From IMG/VR virus record IMGVR_UViG_3300033076_001599, positions 1 to 27,760 of that record: DNA of 27,760 nt; one strand, given 5' to 3'. Of the stretch, positions 18,255 to 26,635 are shown in pieces; position 1 is the first letter of the stretch; the number at the start of each line of letters is the position of its first letter. Under the pieces are notes generated by a model. It saw only the letters and a list, made by a program, of their open reading frames with translations. It searched no databases and was not told the DNA's origin. A program made the translations under genes and the position numbers. This DNA comes from a virus (Duplodnaviria > Caudoviricetes).

Positions 18255-19211
18255 TCAGAATCCTGCGTCGGAAGCTCGCAACTTTCGCGCGTATTCGAGC
18301 AACTTTTGTTCATGGCGCTCGTTGTCGATCACTGTGTTGTCGAGTCGCGAGCGATTCTCTGACCGATCATTTGACGTGATTGTCTTCTTCGGAATGGATG
18401 TCGATCGTGTGGTTGGAGAGAGGATCTTCATCACCCGCTCGCGGCGGGCCGGATCTGACAAGAGCGATCGGAGGGCACGTTCGTCGTCGAAGAATGGAGC
18501 GGCATCCTGAAGAATGTCTTCATTCATCTCCGCGAATATCTCGCGGAGATCCGGTGCTTCGCCCGTCTTCTCATAGTGAGCCTTCCCTCTGCGGAGTGCT
18601 TCCTTCTTTGCCCACCGCTCGCCGACAGCACCCAAGACGGGGAACTCTTCAGCGTGGGCGGATAGACGCTCGCCGATCACTTCGAGGTTCCTCTGCTCAA
18701 TCTTCTCACTCTGCAATTGTTCTTCGCGCTCGCGGATTGCAGCGAGTTGTTCCTTCATCTCCCGGATATCACGTTCCTTCTCCTGTTCAGGCGTGAGAGG
18801 AGCACCAGGAATCTTGTTGTCGAGGATGTCTTTGATGAGCGCCTCTGCACCCTCAACCCCACCGATCGCTGCCCACTTGTCGCCCTTCACGGTGGCAAGC
18901 TCCGCCTTGGCACGATCGAGCTCTGCACGGAGTGCCGCTGCTTCCTTCATTGCTCGACGAGCTGCCCGTTCGTTGTGGGCCTTCTTTGATTCTTCGATCG
19001 GTGTCGGAGCCGGAGGTGTTGGGGAATCCTCATCCCCATGTCCATTCTCTTCTCCAACGTCGGCGTCGATGTTGTCTGTGCCCGTGTCGTCGCTCTCCCT
19101 CAACATCGCAACGAATGATGAGATTTCGGCGGCCGCTGTGGAAGAGGGTGAGACGTCTGATGACGATGATGGTGTTCCGGTTGTCGCGGTTTCTGGATTG
19201 TTGTCACTCAT
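18255..19211 (-). CDS. capsid scaffolding protein
   Basis: Acidic disordered N-terminus, coiled coils, basic C-terminal region; between portal and capsid. Confidence 0.75.
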   Translation of the reverse strand: MSDNNPETATTGTPSSSSDVSPSSTAAAEISSFVAMLRESDDTGTDNIDADVGEENGHGDEDSPTPPAPTPIEESKKAHNERAARRAMKEAAALRAELDRAKAELATVKGDKWAAIGGVEGAEALIKDILDNKIPGAPLTPEQEKERDIREMKEQLAAIREREEQLQSEKIEQRNLEVIGERLSAHAEEFPVLGAVGERWAKKEALRRGKAHYEKTGEAPDLREIFAEMNEDILQDAAPFFDDERALRSLLSDPARRERVMKILSPTTRSTSIPKKTITSNDRSENRSRLDNTVIDNERHEQKLLEYARKLRASDAGF

Positions 19212-19222
19212 GATGGGGATAT

Positions 19223-21052
19223 CTAGGCTGCAACCGTCGGTTCAACCCCAGAAATTCCGCCGTCGACGGGTGATTCCATCGGTGGAGGTGCAGATGCCTC
19301 GATCTCGTCGTTGATCTTCTCCAGGAAGATTTCGAGTGAATCGAGCACCTCTCTTGGGGCGCCGTCCATCTCTGCAAAAAGTCTCTCGGTTCGAAACACT
19401 TGTGCTGCGACGGAGAGGTTCTGATATGGAACCGGATCGACATCGAGATCGCCATCAATCACGCGTTCGACCTGCATTGATGCGTAGTCAAAGTCGACAA
19501 GCGCTCGACGAATGAACTCACCCGTGTCCGGGAAGTCGAGCTGGGCGACTGCTTCGGTCATCGATATTGCACCCATTGAGAGCCACTTCTCGATCATCTC
19601 AGTCCGACCGGTTGGCGTGGATGGGAGAGCAGATATGGGTTGACACGTGATGCGAACGTCGTCGTCGATGTTGAGCCTGATGTCTGCCCAGCGGAGACGT
19701 GAGTACGTGCCGCGGCCACGACGAGTCGATCCCGAGAGCGTGTGTTCTGGATTCTGCTCGGCTGCGGCGTCATTGAGCCGGATGAGCAATCGAGCGATGT
19801 CGATCCCAAAGTCTTCAAACAATCGTGCGTTGATCACGTGGCGCTGGGATTGGAGGTCATCCAACGTTTGGATCGCGATTCCCGATGTCACGCCCGGTGC
19901 ACGTGTTCCCTGCATCCCTCCGGGTGAGAGACCGAGCTGCATCATGACCTGATTCGTGATCCGATCGACTTCGTTCTGGAGGTCTGGTGGTGTTGCTGTG
20001 ACCGTGTTCCATACGGGCGGCGTGCCGCGGTATCTCAGGAGTTGAAGTGGCAGGTTCGTGATCTGTTGTGGCTTGACGTTCGAGTTCTCGTTGATGAGGA
20101 TGTATGCGTTTGAGCCGAGGCGTTGCAGCGCTTGGACGCGCTTGATGTGCTCGTTGATCGTGTGTTGGGCCATGGCGACCTCTTCACAGATCGACACGCC
20201 GTGGAATCCAACTTGTGATTCCTTCCACCTGTAGAAAGCGAATGGGAACTCATCCCAATCTCCCTCTTCATCGGAGAGGACGTTCCCATTGAGCAGCGTG
20301 ATTGTGTGGCGGCTCGGTGATCCGATGTGCCATGCTTCAATGACGACGACTTGATCTGCGCCACCGTCATACGTGAGAAAGAACTCAGTCCTGTCATCCT
20401 GTGATGGACCCGGTGCGGCGGCGATATCATCTTCGTGCTTCGGGAACTTGTCGATGAGCGACTCGCGGTCGATCAGGTGATATCTGTACAACCTCTTTGG
20501 TGTCCCGCCCCCGTTTGCACACTCGTTCTCATCAACGAAGAGTTCCATCGGGAGAACGCGTTCGAGCGCAGGATTCCCGTCTTCGTCGAGGAACCCATAC
20601 ACGATGCCGATGTCTGCAGATGCAGCATCATAGAAGCAGCGACGCATGAGCTTGTGAACCCTGAGGTCGTGAAATTGTCCCTCAAGAGCGTGTGAGAGCT
20701 TCTTTGCTCTCAAATATGTCGAGTAGTCGGCGTCGTTCGTCTGGATTCTGGGTTGTGGCTTCAAACTGCCGACTCTTGACGCTGCTGTGTCGATGCATGC
20801 TGCAGCGAGATTGAATCGAACGCGCTTTGCGTCCATTCCGAATCCAGAGAGCGAATAGAAACCCAGGGGCCCGCCGAGTGGATCTCCATTCTTGTTGATC
20901 CCACCATACATGCCCATGTGAACGAGGCGCATACCCCGAGCAGTTGAAGCATCGCGTCGGATCGCTTCCACGCGCTTGACGATGCTCCCTCCGACATCTC
21001 CTTCGTCGGCTCTCCACCACGCACCGTGCCGGCGCCTCTCTGTCTTCTTCAT
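19223..21052 (-). CDS. portal protein (podovirus type)
   Basis: 609 aa following TerL; RFNLAAACIDT, LERVLPMELFVD, VVVIEAWH, EFPF, TSGIAI motifs. Confidence 0.85.
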   Translation of the reverse strand: MKKTERRRHGAWWRADEGDVGGSIVKRVEAIRRDASTARGMRLVHMGMYGGINKNGDPLGGPLGFYSLSGFGMDAKRVRFNLAAACIDTAASRVGSLKPQPRIQTNDADYSTYLRAKKLSHALEGQFHDLRVHKLMRRCFYDAASADIGIVYGFLDEDGNPALERVLPMELFVDENECANGGGTPKRLYRYHLIDRESLIDKFPKHEDDIAAAPGPSQDDRTEFFLTYDGGADQVVVIEAWHIGSPSRHTITLLNGNVLSDEEGDWDEFPFAFYRWKESQVGFHGVSICEEVAMAQHTINEHIKRVQALQRLGSNAYILINENSNVKPQQITNLPLQLLRYRGTPPVWNTVTATPPDLQNEVDRITNQVMMQLGLSPGGMQGTRAPGVTSGIAIQTLDDLQSQRHVINARLFEDFGIDIARLLIRLNDAAAEQNPEHTLSGSTRRGRGTYSRLRWADIRLNIDDDVRITCQPISALPSTPTGRTEMIEKWLSMGAISMTEAVAQLDFPDTGEFIRRALVDFDYASMQVERVIDGDLDVDPVPYQNLSVAAQVFRTERLFAEMDGAPREVLDSLEIFLEKINDEIEASAPPPMESPVDGGISGVEPTVAA

Positions 21053-21073
21053 CCCCCTACGTATGTGCGTTCA

Positions 21074-21355
21074 TCAAGGCATGACTGCTTGGGCATACAG
21101 TCTGATGCCGGGTGGAAGGTCATCGAGTGGGTCAGGTCCACCCACGAAATGATCGGATCCCACAACCCCATTTTCCCCTTCGGCTCTCATTTGAGGTTCT
21201 TGAAAGCCGTCGAGAGGGCTCGGGCTCGTGCTCTCAGGTTCCGCGTGGAAACGATCATCGAACACAACGTGGATCGCGCCGACTCTCACTCTGAGAGCGC
21301 CCATGAGTCGCAGCTCCCTGATCACTGCCATTTCATTTTCAAAATTGTTCTTCAT
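21074..21355 (-). CDS. hypothetical protein between terminase and portal
   Basis: Fills the gap; start at 21355 or 21331. Confidence 0.55.
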   Translation of the reverse strand: MKNNFENEMAVIRELRLMGALRVRVGAIHVVFDDRFHAEPESTSPSPLDGFQEPQMRAEGENGVVGSDHFVGGPDPLDDLPPGIRLYAQAVMP

Positions 21356-22814
21356 TGTCTTCATCAAACCAATCCCATTCGCCTGGATTTTCCGACATCC
21401 GATTGTATCGGGCAGCGATCTCGTTTGCCCGACGTTGCATCTCACGTGGATCGTCCTTCGATCTGCTCTTCGTCTCCCTCGGGCCGGGCTCTGTGTGAAC
21501 TGACCACCCATACCGGAGAGCGTCGCAGAGGTGATCAGGTCCCGTTGTCGCCCGGCGATGGGCATCCTTCCATGAGAACTCGTTCAGCTCATCGATGAGG
21601 AGTTGACACCTGCCGGACGCGACGATGAGCTTCCCAATCCTGAAGTGATCATTCATCGAGTCATATTGAGCGCGCTTGAATTGTGGAGAGCTCGACTTCT
21701 TGGCGTGTTCGACGACGATTCCGAGCGCTGATGCGTTCTTCTCGTTCCACAATCCAATCGCCGACGAGCCACCACCACCATAGTCGGCAACAATCCGAGC
21801 GGGTGAGTAGTGCTCCCAGAGCTCGCGAGTCACTGAGACCCATCCAGCATCGCTCTCACGGTGGCGGGTCTCAGCATGGACGACGTATGCTCTCTCTTCA
21901 CCCGGTCTCTGAGCAATGACGATCCATGCCGAAGGGTCAGGATCGAAGCCATAGTCGATTCCGATCGTGCAGATGAGCTCCCGTGCAACCCATTCCGGAT
22001 CGTCGATGTACCAATCTCGTGGAAGCTCAGAGATCTGGACTCTTGGATGGACGAGACCCGCAACGTCCTGTGCCCACTCTCCGAAGTATTCTCGCTGGAT
22101 GTATGGGTCTTCCTGTGTGAGACCCTTCTCCCTCATCACTTCATCAATCGTCCCACGTGGGTCTGGGTAGTGAGGGTTGTCGAGCATTGTCCAATGGAAT
22201 CCCTTCCAGACCGGACGCTTGCCGGTTGACAGCTCCCACCAAGTCCCGCTGAGGACTTCGCCGGGGGTGCCGAGAAGGATGATCGTCCCGCGGCCTGAGG
22301 TGCACATGAGGCGGGGGCGGATCACGTTGCTGATGATGTTCTCAAGGACGTCGTCGTATGATTGGACTTCGTCGAGGACTGCAAGCCTGATGTTGAACCC
22401 TCGGAGCTTGTCTGCATTTCCCTCGTCTTTGAGGCCGATGACATGGAAGTTCGCCCCCGCCGGGGTTGAGATCGAATTGGCAAGAACCGTCCATCCCAAG
22501 ACTTCTTCGAGGCGGTGATCCGCGATCAGGCGAATCAGGTCAGGCCATATGAGATCCCGGGCTTTCTCTTGGGTGATCGCGCCGTAGATGACTTCATCCT
22601 TGAAGCCCGCGTTAAGGAGTTCGAGCACGATCGCATGAGCAGCGGCGACTGACTTGCCAGCTCCACGAGAGCACCTGGCGAGCTTGAGATGGCTGCGATG
22701 CGTGATGAGGGAACGTTGTTGTTCGAACAACCCTTTGAGGATCGAACCCCGAACGCGTTCAATGTAGAGGAGTCGTTCGAGATCGCGTTGACTGAGATCG
22801 TTCAGACCGGACAT
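21339..22814 (-). CDS. terL: terminase large subunit
   Basis: Walker A SRGAGKS, LRG..Walker B LAVLDE, coupling motif LLGTP, nuclease GIDYG and DHLCDALRY. Confidence 0.97.
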   Translation of the reverse strand: MSGLNDLSQRDLERLLYIERVRGSILKGLFEQQRSLITHRSHLKLARCSRGAGKSVAAAHAIVLELLNAGFKDEVIYGAITQEKARDLIWPDLIRLIADHRLEEVLGWTVLANSISTPAGANFHVIGLKDEGNADKLRGFNIRLAVLDEVQSYDDVLENIISNVIRPRLMCTSGRGTIILLGTPGEVLSGTWWELSTGKRPVWKGFHWTMLDNPHYPDPRGTIDEVMREKGLTQEDPYIQREYFGEWAQDVAGLVHPRVQISELPRDWYIDDPEWVARELICTIGIDYGFDPDPSAWIVIAQRPGEERAYVVHAETRHRESDAGWVSVTRELWEHYSPARIVADYGGGGSSAIGLWNEKNASALGIVVEHAKKSSSPQFKRAQYDSMNDHFRIGKLIVASGRCQLLIDELNEFSWKDAHRRATTGPDHLCDALRYGWSVHTEPGPRETKSRSKDDPREMQRRANEIAARYNRMSENPGEWDWFDEDNEEQF

Positions 22815-23200
22815 CAGGCACTGACAATGACGAACTCAGCTTCTCCTGCGATCTTCATTGCCTCCAGTTCGTCCGTCACGATCCCACGTTCGTGAAGTGC
22901 TCTGCCCCATGCAGTGTGCATGTGAGCGAGAGCGAGCTCTCGAGTCCTGCCCTTGACGATGATCTGTGGGACGCCATGAGGAAGCTCGTCAATCGTCTCG
23001 AGCCGGATCCCGTCAGATTCGAGGAAGAGAACGACATAAAAGCGATCGTTCAGGTTCTTCCAGCCCGTTCCATCGACTTCCCGCTTTCGTCGAGCGAGTT
23101 GGAGGTCTTCATACATCTTCCGTCGAGCGTGGCGGGCGAGTTCCGCAGTCGTCATCGAATCGAGGGGATCGTGCACCTTGATGATCTCGACCTCGCTCAT
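22814..23200 (-). CDS. hypothetical protein
   Basis: Overlaps both neighbours by start/stop coupling; start placed at ATG 23200. Confidence 0.65.
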   Translation of the reverse strand: MSEVEIIKVHDPLDSMTTAELARHARRKMYEDLQLARRKREVDGTGWKNLNDRFYVVLFLESDGIRLETIDELPHGVPQIIVKGRTRELALAHMHTAWGRALHERGIVTDELEAMKIAGEAEFVIVSA

Positions 23201-23466
23201 CGGGAAGTCCCCTTCCCTGTGAGGATCCAAGTGAAGTGCGACACGACAGACAGACCCGTCACGCGGCTCGTGATTCGAATGTGCGAAGAGTCAACGAGCT
23301 CGAGGTCATAGTCATCACACGTCACTTCGCACTTCCCACCCTTCACAGTGTGGACACCTGTGAATGACCAGTCTTTCACGTCCGGGTTGGGAACAGCGGT
23401 TGGGAGGCGTGCAGCGAGGATTGTGTCTACACGATCATTCTTTTCTTTCGAGGATTTGTTCGTCAT
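23197..23466 (-). CDS. hypothetical protein
   Basis: ORF from ATG 23466 (MTNKSSK), coupled to the next gene. Confidence 0.55.
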   Translation of the reverse strand: MTNKSSKEKNDRVDTILAARLPTAVPNPDVKDWSFTGVHTVKGGKCEVTCDDYDLELVDSSHIRITSRVTGLSVVSHFTWILTGKGTSR

Positions 23467-23519
23467 ATGTCGACTTAAGTAGGTCTCCGCAGTCGACAAT
23501 TCACACAATTTGTGCCCTT

Positions 23520-23936
23520 TCAACCTTCCCAAGGCACGTATCGCATCCCCCAACGTTGCAGGAGATCTTCGTTCTTTGATCGATGCGTGTAGATCAGGTC
23601 TCTCACACCGGTGGGAAGGGAAGCGTTGACGAGCTGCGAAAAGACTTTCTCATTTCGGTGTTCGCGCTTTGTCAGGCCCCAGTGAAGCGTCCATGTTGAA
23701 CCCTGAGATGCTTCTGTTGCGATCCAACCCATGATCCAATCATCATCGGGAATCCCACACATCACGTGGACCGAACACGTCGGCCGGTTCAACAGGACTT
23801 CCATCCGACGATGTAGAATTGTCGGCCCTGCCCACTTTGGGACGCCTGTCATCGATCTCGCTGCAGACCGGATGAACGATGAATAGAGGAATGGATGATC
23901 ATCGACTGTCGCGAGTCGGATCTCTCGATCACTCAT
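23520..23936 (-). CDS. GNAT-family acetyltransferase-like protein
   Basis: EIRLATVDD start, IMGWI strand, LHWGLTKREHRNEKVFSQLV resembling a degenerate acetyl-CoA-binding motif A. Confidence 0.65.
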   Translation of the reverse strand: MSDREIRLATVDDHPFLYSSFIRSAARSMTGVPKWAGPTILHRRMEVLLNRPTCSVHVMCGIPDDDWIMGWIATEASQGSTWTLHWGLTKREHRNEKVFSQLVNASLPTGVRDLIYTHRSKNEDLLQRWGMRYVPWEG

Positions 23937-24399
23937 TTCCCGGCTCGCTCTCCCCTGAGATGAGTGCATCATTTGATTCGATGGTCTTCTTCAATTCGAG
24001 AAGGAGTTCTGAGCGTGATAGAGTTGCGACTCTCAGGGGCCCGCCATCCTCACCTGTCAGCTCGACTTTCTGCTTCTGAGCGAATGTCTCTGGATTGAGT
24101 CGTTCGAGGAGCCAACGAGCGTCTGAGGAATTTCCGTTCTCGATCGACTTCATGACGGTGTCCATTGCCTTGCCCGTCACCTCCGATATTGCTTCACTCA
24201 CTGTGACCTGGAATATCTTCTCCAAACGGGACGCTTCGGATGGGTCTTTCTCAAGCCATTCCGTGATGAGACGCTTTGGAATGCCAACTTGGCGCGCGAT
24301 TGATGTGATTGAGCAACCTCGCTTGATCATCCCTGCGACGGTCAGACTGATCGCTTGCGTTGGTTCGTGTGTTCTGACGATCTTCGCTTTGGCACGCAT
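23929..24399 (-). CDS. terS: terminase small subunit
   Basis: N-terminal HTH (GCSITSIARQVGIPKRLITEW), ARWLLERLNPE, C-terminal KVELTGEDGGPL; GGAGG RBS before ATG 24399. Confidence 0.85.
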   Translation of the reverse strand: MRAKAKIVRTHEPTQAISLTVAGMIKRGCSITSIARQVGIPKRLITEWLEKDPSEASRLEKIFQVTVSEAISEVTGKAMDTVMKSIENGNSSDARWLLERLNPETFAQKQKVELTGEDGGPLRVATLSRSELLLELKKTIESNDALISGESEPGNE

Positions 24400-24400
24400 A

Positions 24401-24799
24401 TCAGACCTCCCCAAGGAACCGAAGAGCGCCGGCGAGTGAGACCGAGTGCGTTGTAAAGTGACGATCGAGGGCATCGCTCTTCTCGACGAGGACGATCTCA
24501 TTGAATGATTCGAGGTCGGGGTGAGGGGTCACCCAATGCGTCGATTCACCCGTTGACGGGATCCTGTGATGTGAAGCAATGAGCACCCAGGTTGCCCGCG
24601 TTCCATCGTTCGCGTTGTCGAGGATCCCATATAGGGATCGACTCTCTGCATCGAGAAGCTCGCTCAATCGAGGATGGCGTGGTTGTCTCGACGCGTGGAC
24701 TTCCTTGAGACGCGCGGCCGACAACTTTTCGCATTCAATGCGTCTCAGATTTGTTGCTGCCCGTCGGGTGGATGTTGTTGTTTTTTTCGTATCGGTCAT
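24401..24799 (-). CDS. hypothetical protein, first gene of the leftward operon
   Basis: Stop lies 1 nt before the TerS start codon; preceded by an AT-rich intergenic region. Confidence 0.65.
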   Translation of the reverse strand: MTDTKKTTTSTRRAATNLRRIECEKLSAARLKEVHASRQPRHPRLSELLDAESRSLYGILDNANDGTRATWVLIASHHRIPSTGESTHWVTPHPDLESFNEIVLVEKSDALDRHFTTHSVSLAGALRFLGEV

Positions 24800-25056
24800 G
24801 GCGATACGTATTCAAATTTCCCGGAAAATCTGATGTTTTTGCCGTGAAATGAAGAACGCTGATTGTCACTGCAGGAGCGGAGCAAGAGACAATCAGCGTT
24901 CATTTTGGAGAAACACACCTGTGAGGAAAATGTCAGAAAACCCCACGATCATAGATATTCGGACGCTCACAACTTTTTCAGAAAAAAGTGCCGTCCCGGC
25001 CGTTTTTTGTCCGATGTTTTCGCGTGGGACTCCCTATCTATTTTGGGAGATTCACA
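24800..25056. promoter_or_regulatory. divergent control region with 14-bp inverted repeat
   Basis: AT-rich. GAACGCTGATTGTC (24854..24867) / GACAATCAGCGTTC (24888..24901); ACTTTTT-CAGA-AAAAAGT (24972..24989); motifs shared with 1010..1102 and 26110..26183. Confidence 0.7.
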
Positions 25057-25863
25057 ATGTACAAGGAACGCGAAGCTGGGACGGTTCTCAAGACATACGC
25101 AAAGTTCTACACACCATCCACGAAGAGCAACGATGGTGAGTGCACTGTATATGGCTTGTATGGCGAAGAGGACGGCGTAAAGACCCTCTTCTATGTCGGG
25201 CAAGCTCACGGGCGAGCGTATGATCGGGTTGCTCTGCACCTCGGTGAGAGGGTTCCATATCACAGCGAGCTTCCCAGTCCCACGAGGGTCAGAGATCGGG
25301 TTGAGTCGATCAGGAAGCGCGGGGGATGTGTCCGTGCAGTGACGATCACGAAGTGCCGTGCCGCAGACGTCGATCGAGAAGAGATGCGGGCGATTGGATG
25401 GGGGCAGGCGCTCGATGGGTTGATCAACCATCACTGTGGTGGGCGACAGGTTCCGAATGAAGAGTGGGCAGATGCTCGTGGATTGCTTCCCTGTGGAGAT
25501 CACGAGTTGACCCTTTCACGCCTATACCTTGATCGACGAGAACAGGTGACGTTCATCTACGAAGCCGGGGCGTACGTCTTCTACAACAAGATCCCGCTGC
25601 TCGCGCCGGGATCGAAGTGGCATGCGACGAACGTGCAGAGGATCATCGAGAATATGAGCTTGATCGTCGGTCGGCCTGTGACGTACGAAGAAGCGATCGC
25701 GATCGCGCGCGATGGGAAGGTGAGGCCGAGCCCTTGCACTGTGCGTGTCACGGATTTTGCGGCGAACTATGCGGGTCAGAGCTACAAGCGCTACGACGTC
25801 ATAGCGTTCCACACACACAGTACGTATCGGAATGACACCACCCGTGACGCACTGCGATCCTGA
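25057..25863 (+). CDS. GIY-YIG-like nuclease with C-terminal DUF669/OB-fold-like domain
   Basis: VYGL...FYVGQ, then R..H (DRVALH), E (DREE) and LINHHCGG follow the GIY-YIG motif order. C-terminal LLPCGDHELTL...KW...PCTVRV...YAGQSY resembles DUF669 ssDNA-binding proteins (weaker call). GGGAG RBS before ATG 25057. Confidence 0.65.
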   Translation: MYKEREAGTVLKTYAKFYTPSTKSNDGECTVYGLYGEEDGVKTLFYVGQAHGRAYDRVALHLGERVPYHSELPSPTRVRDRVESIRKRGGCVRAVTITKCRAADVDREEMRAIGWGQALDGLINHHCGGRQVPNEEWADARGLLPCGDHELTLSRLYLDRREQVTFIYEAGAYVFYNKIPLLAPGSKWHATNVQRIIENMSLIVGRPVTYEEAIAIARDGKVRPSPCTVRVTDFAANYAGQSYKRYDVIAFHTHSTYRNDTTRDALRS

Positions 25864-26056
25864 AAACGTCTTCCACAACGTCCACGACTTCACGCAAAAG
25901 CGCATCGAAAAGCTGCTCGCGCAGAAGGGTGGCGACAACTTGCGCCGCATTCTCGCTCTCTACAACACGGGTGCCGTGGCCGTGTGGTGGGACCGGGGAC
26001 GCTTGCGTTGGGCACCATTGGGGGCTCCCTCGAGCCCATCGGTGACATCGAAATAG
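25832..26056 (+). CDS. small hypothetical protein
   Basis: Overlaps the end of the nuclease gene; its TAG lies inside repeat copy 5. Confidence 0.5.
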   Translation: MTPPVTHCDPENVFHNVHDFTQKRIEKLLAQKGGDNLRRILALYNTGAVAVWWDRGRLRWAPLGAPSSPSVTSK

Positions 26057-26078
26057 GAAGAACGGGGAAACCTACCTC
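26042..26078 (+). repeat. 37-nt dispersed repeat, copy 5
   Basis: GTGACATCGAAATAGGAAGAACGGGGAAACCTACCTC, 32/37 identical to copy 2 without gaps; followed by hairpin GCCCGGGAGTTTCCTGCGGC. Confidence 0.85.
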
Positions 26079-26184
26079 GGACTGCCCGGGAGTTTCCTGC
26101 GGCGCCCGTGAAAAGTGGCCGGCACGTCCCGCGATATTCGGCGCGTGGGGGAAATCAATCCCTCACGCAACAAGGAACGCGAAT

Positions 26185-26586
26185 ATGAAGAAGAAGAAGA
26201 ACAAGAATGATCGCAAAAAATTGTTGAAGATGGTCATGTTTTTCAGGGAATGGTGGGCGGGAGTGCAGGTGGCAGAGATTGGGTTCAACAAGGAGCTGTA
26301 CTTCGACATGGAGTTCATGACGTGGATGTGTCTCAAAAAGGAGGGTTCCAAAGTTCGGGAACTCACCTTTGATTTCGTGCATGGTCCACTTGTTGGGCCG
26401 CTGGATCCGGGTCACTTTGCAACTGCATACCTCGCTTGCAAGGCTGGTATTGATCTTGAAGAGTTGTTGGCCGAAACCGGACAAGCATTCAATGTCAGAC
26501 CAGCACACATCATGATCACGCACAAGCCTGAGAACACGAGTGCACCCACGGAGCAACCCTCGGGTTCCTCAGAGCCCTTGAACTGA
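26185..26586 (+). CDS. hypothetical protein with Lys-rich N-terminus
   Basis: AAGGA RBS before ATG 26185 (MKKKKNKNDRKK); its TGA lies inside repeat copy 6. Confidence 0.7.
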   Translation: MKKKKNKNDRKKLLKMVMFFREWWAGVQVAEIGFNKELYFDMEFMTWMCLKKEGSKVRELTFDFVHGPLVGPLDPGHFATAYLACKAGIDLEELLAETGQAFNVRPAHIMITHKPENTSAPTEQPSGSSEPLN

Positions 26587-26608
26587 GTTGAGTGAGGAAA
26601 TCCACCTC
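26572..26608 (+). repeat. 37-nt dispersed repeat, copy 6 (degenerate)
   Basis: GAGCCCTTGAACTGAGTTGAGTGAGGAAATCCACCTC, 28/37 identical to copy 2 without gaps; two of the differences match copies 3/4. Confidence 0.7.
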
Positions 26609-26611
26609 TGT

Positions 26612-26635
26612 CGGTCCGGGAGTTTTCCTGGGCCG
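26612..26635. terminator. GC-rich hairpin between convergent genes
   Basis: CGGTCCGGGA-GTTT-TCCTGGGCCG, 10-bp stem with two G-U pairs, abutting the NADAR stop. No U-tract, so terminator function is uncertain. Confidence 0.4.

Noticed and set aside
16927-22814. Alternative genetic code, introns or inteins in core genes
   Set aside because: TerL, portal and capsid are intact with normal lengths under the standard code.
92-26608. The 37-nt repeats as a CRISPR array
   Set aside because: Copies are 0.5-10 kb apart, in both orientations, with no spacer-sized intervals and no cas gene. Only the solitary-repeat idea is kept as a hypothesis.
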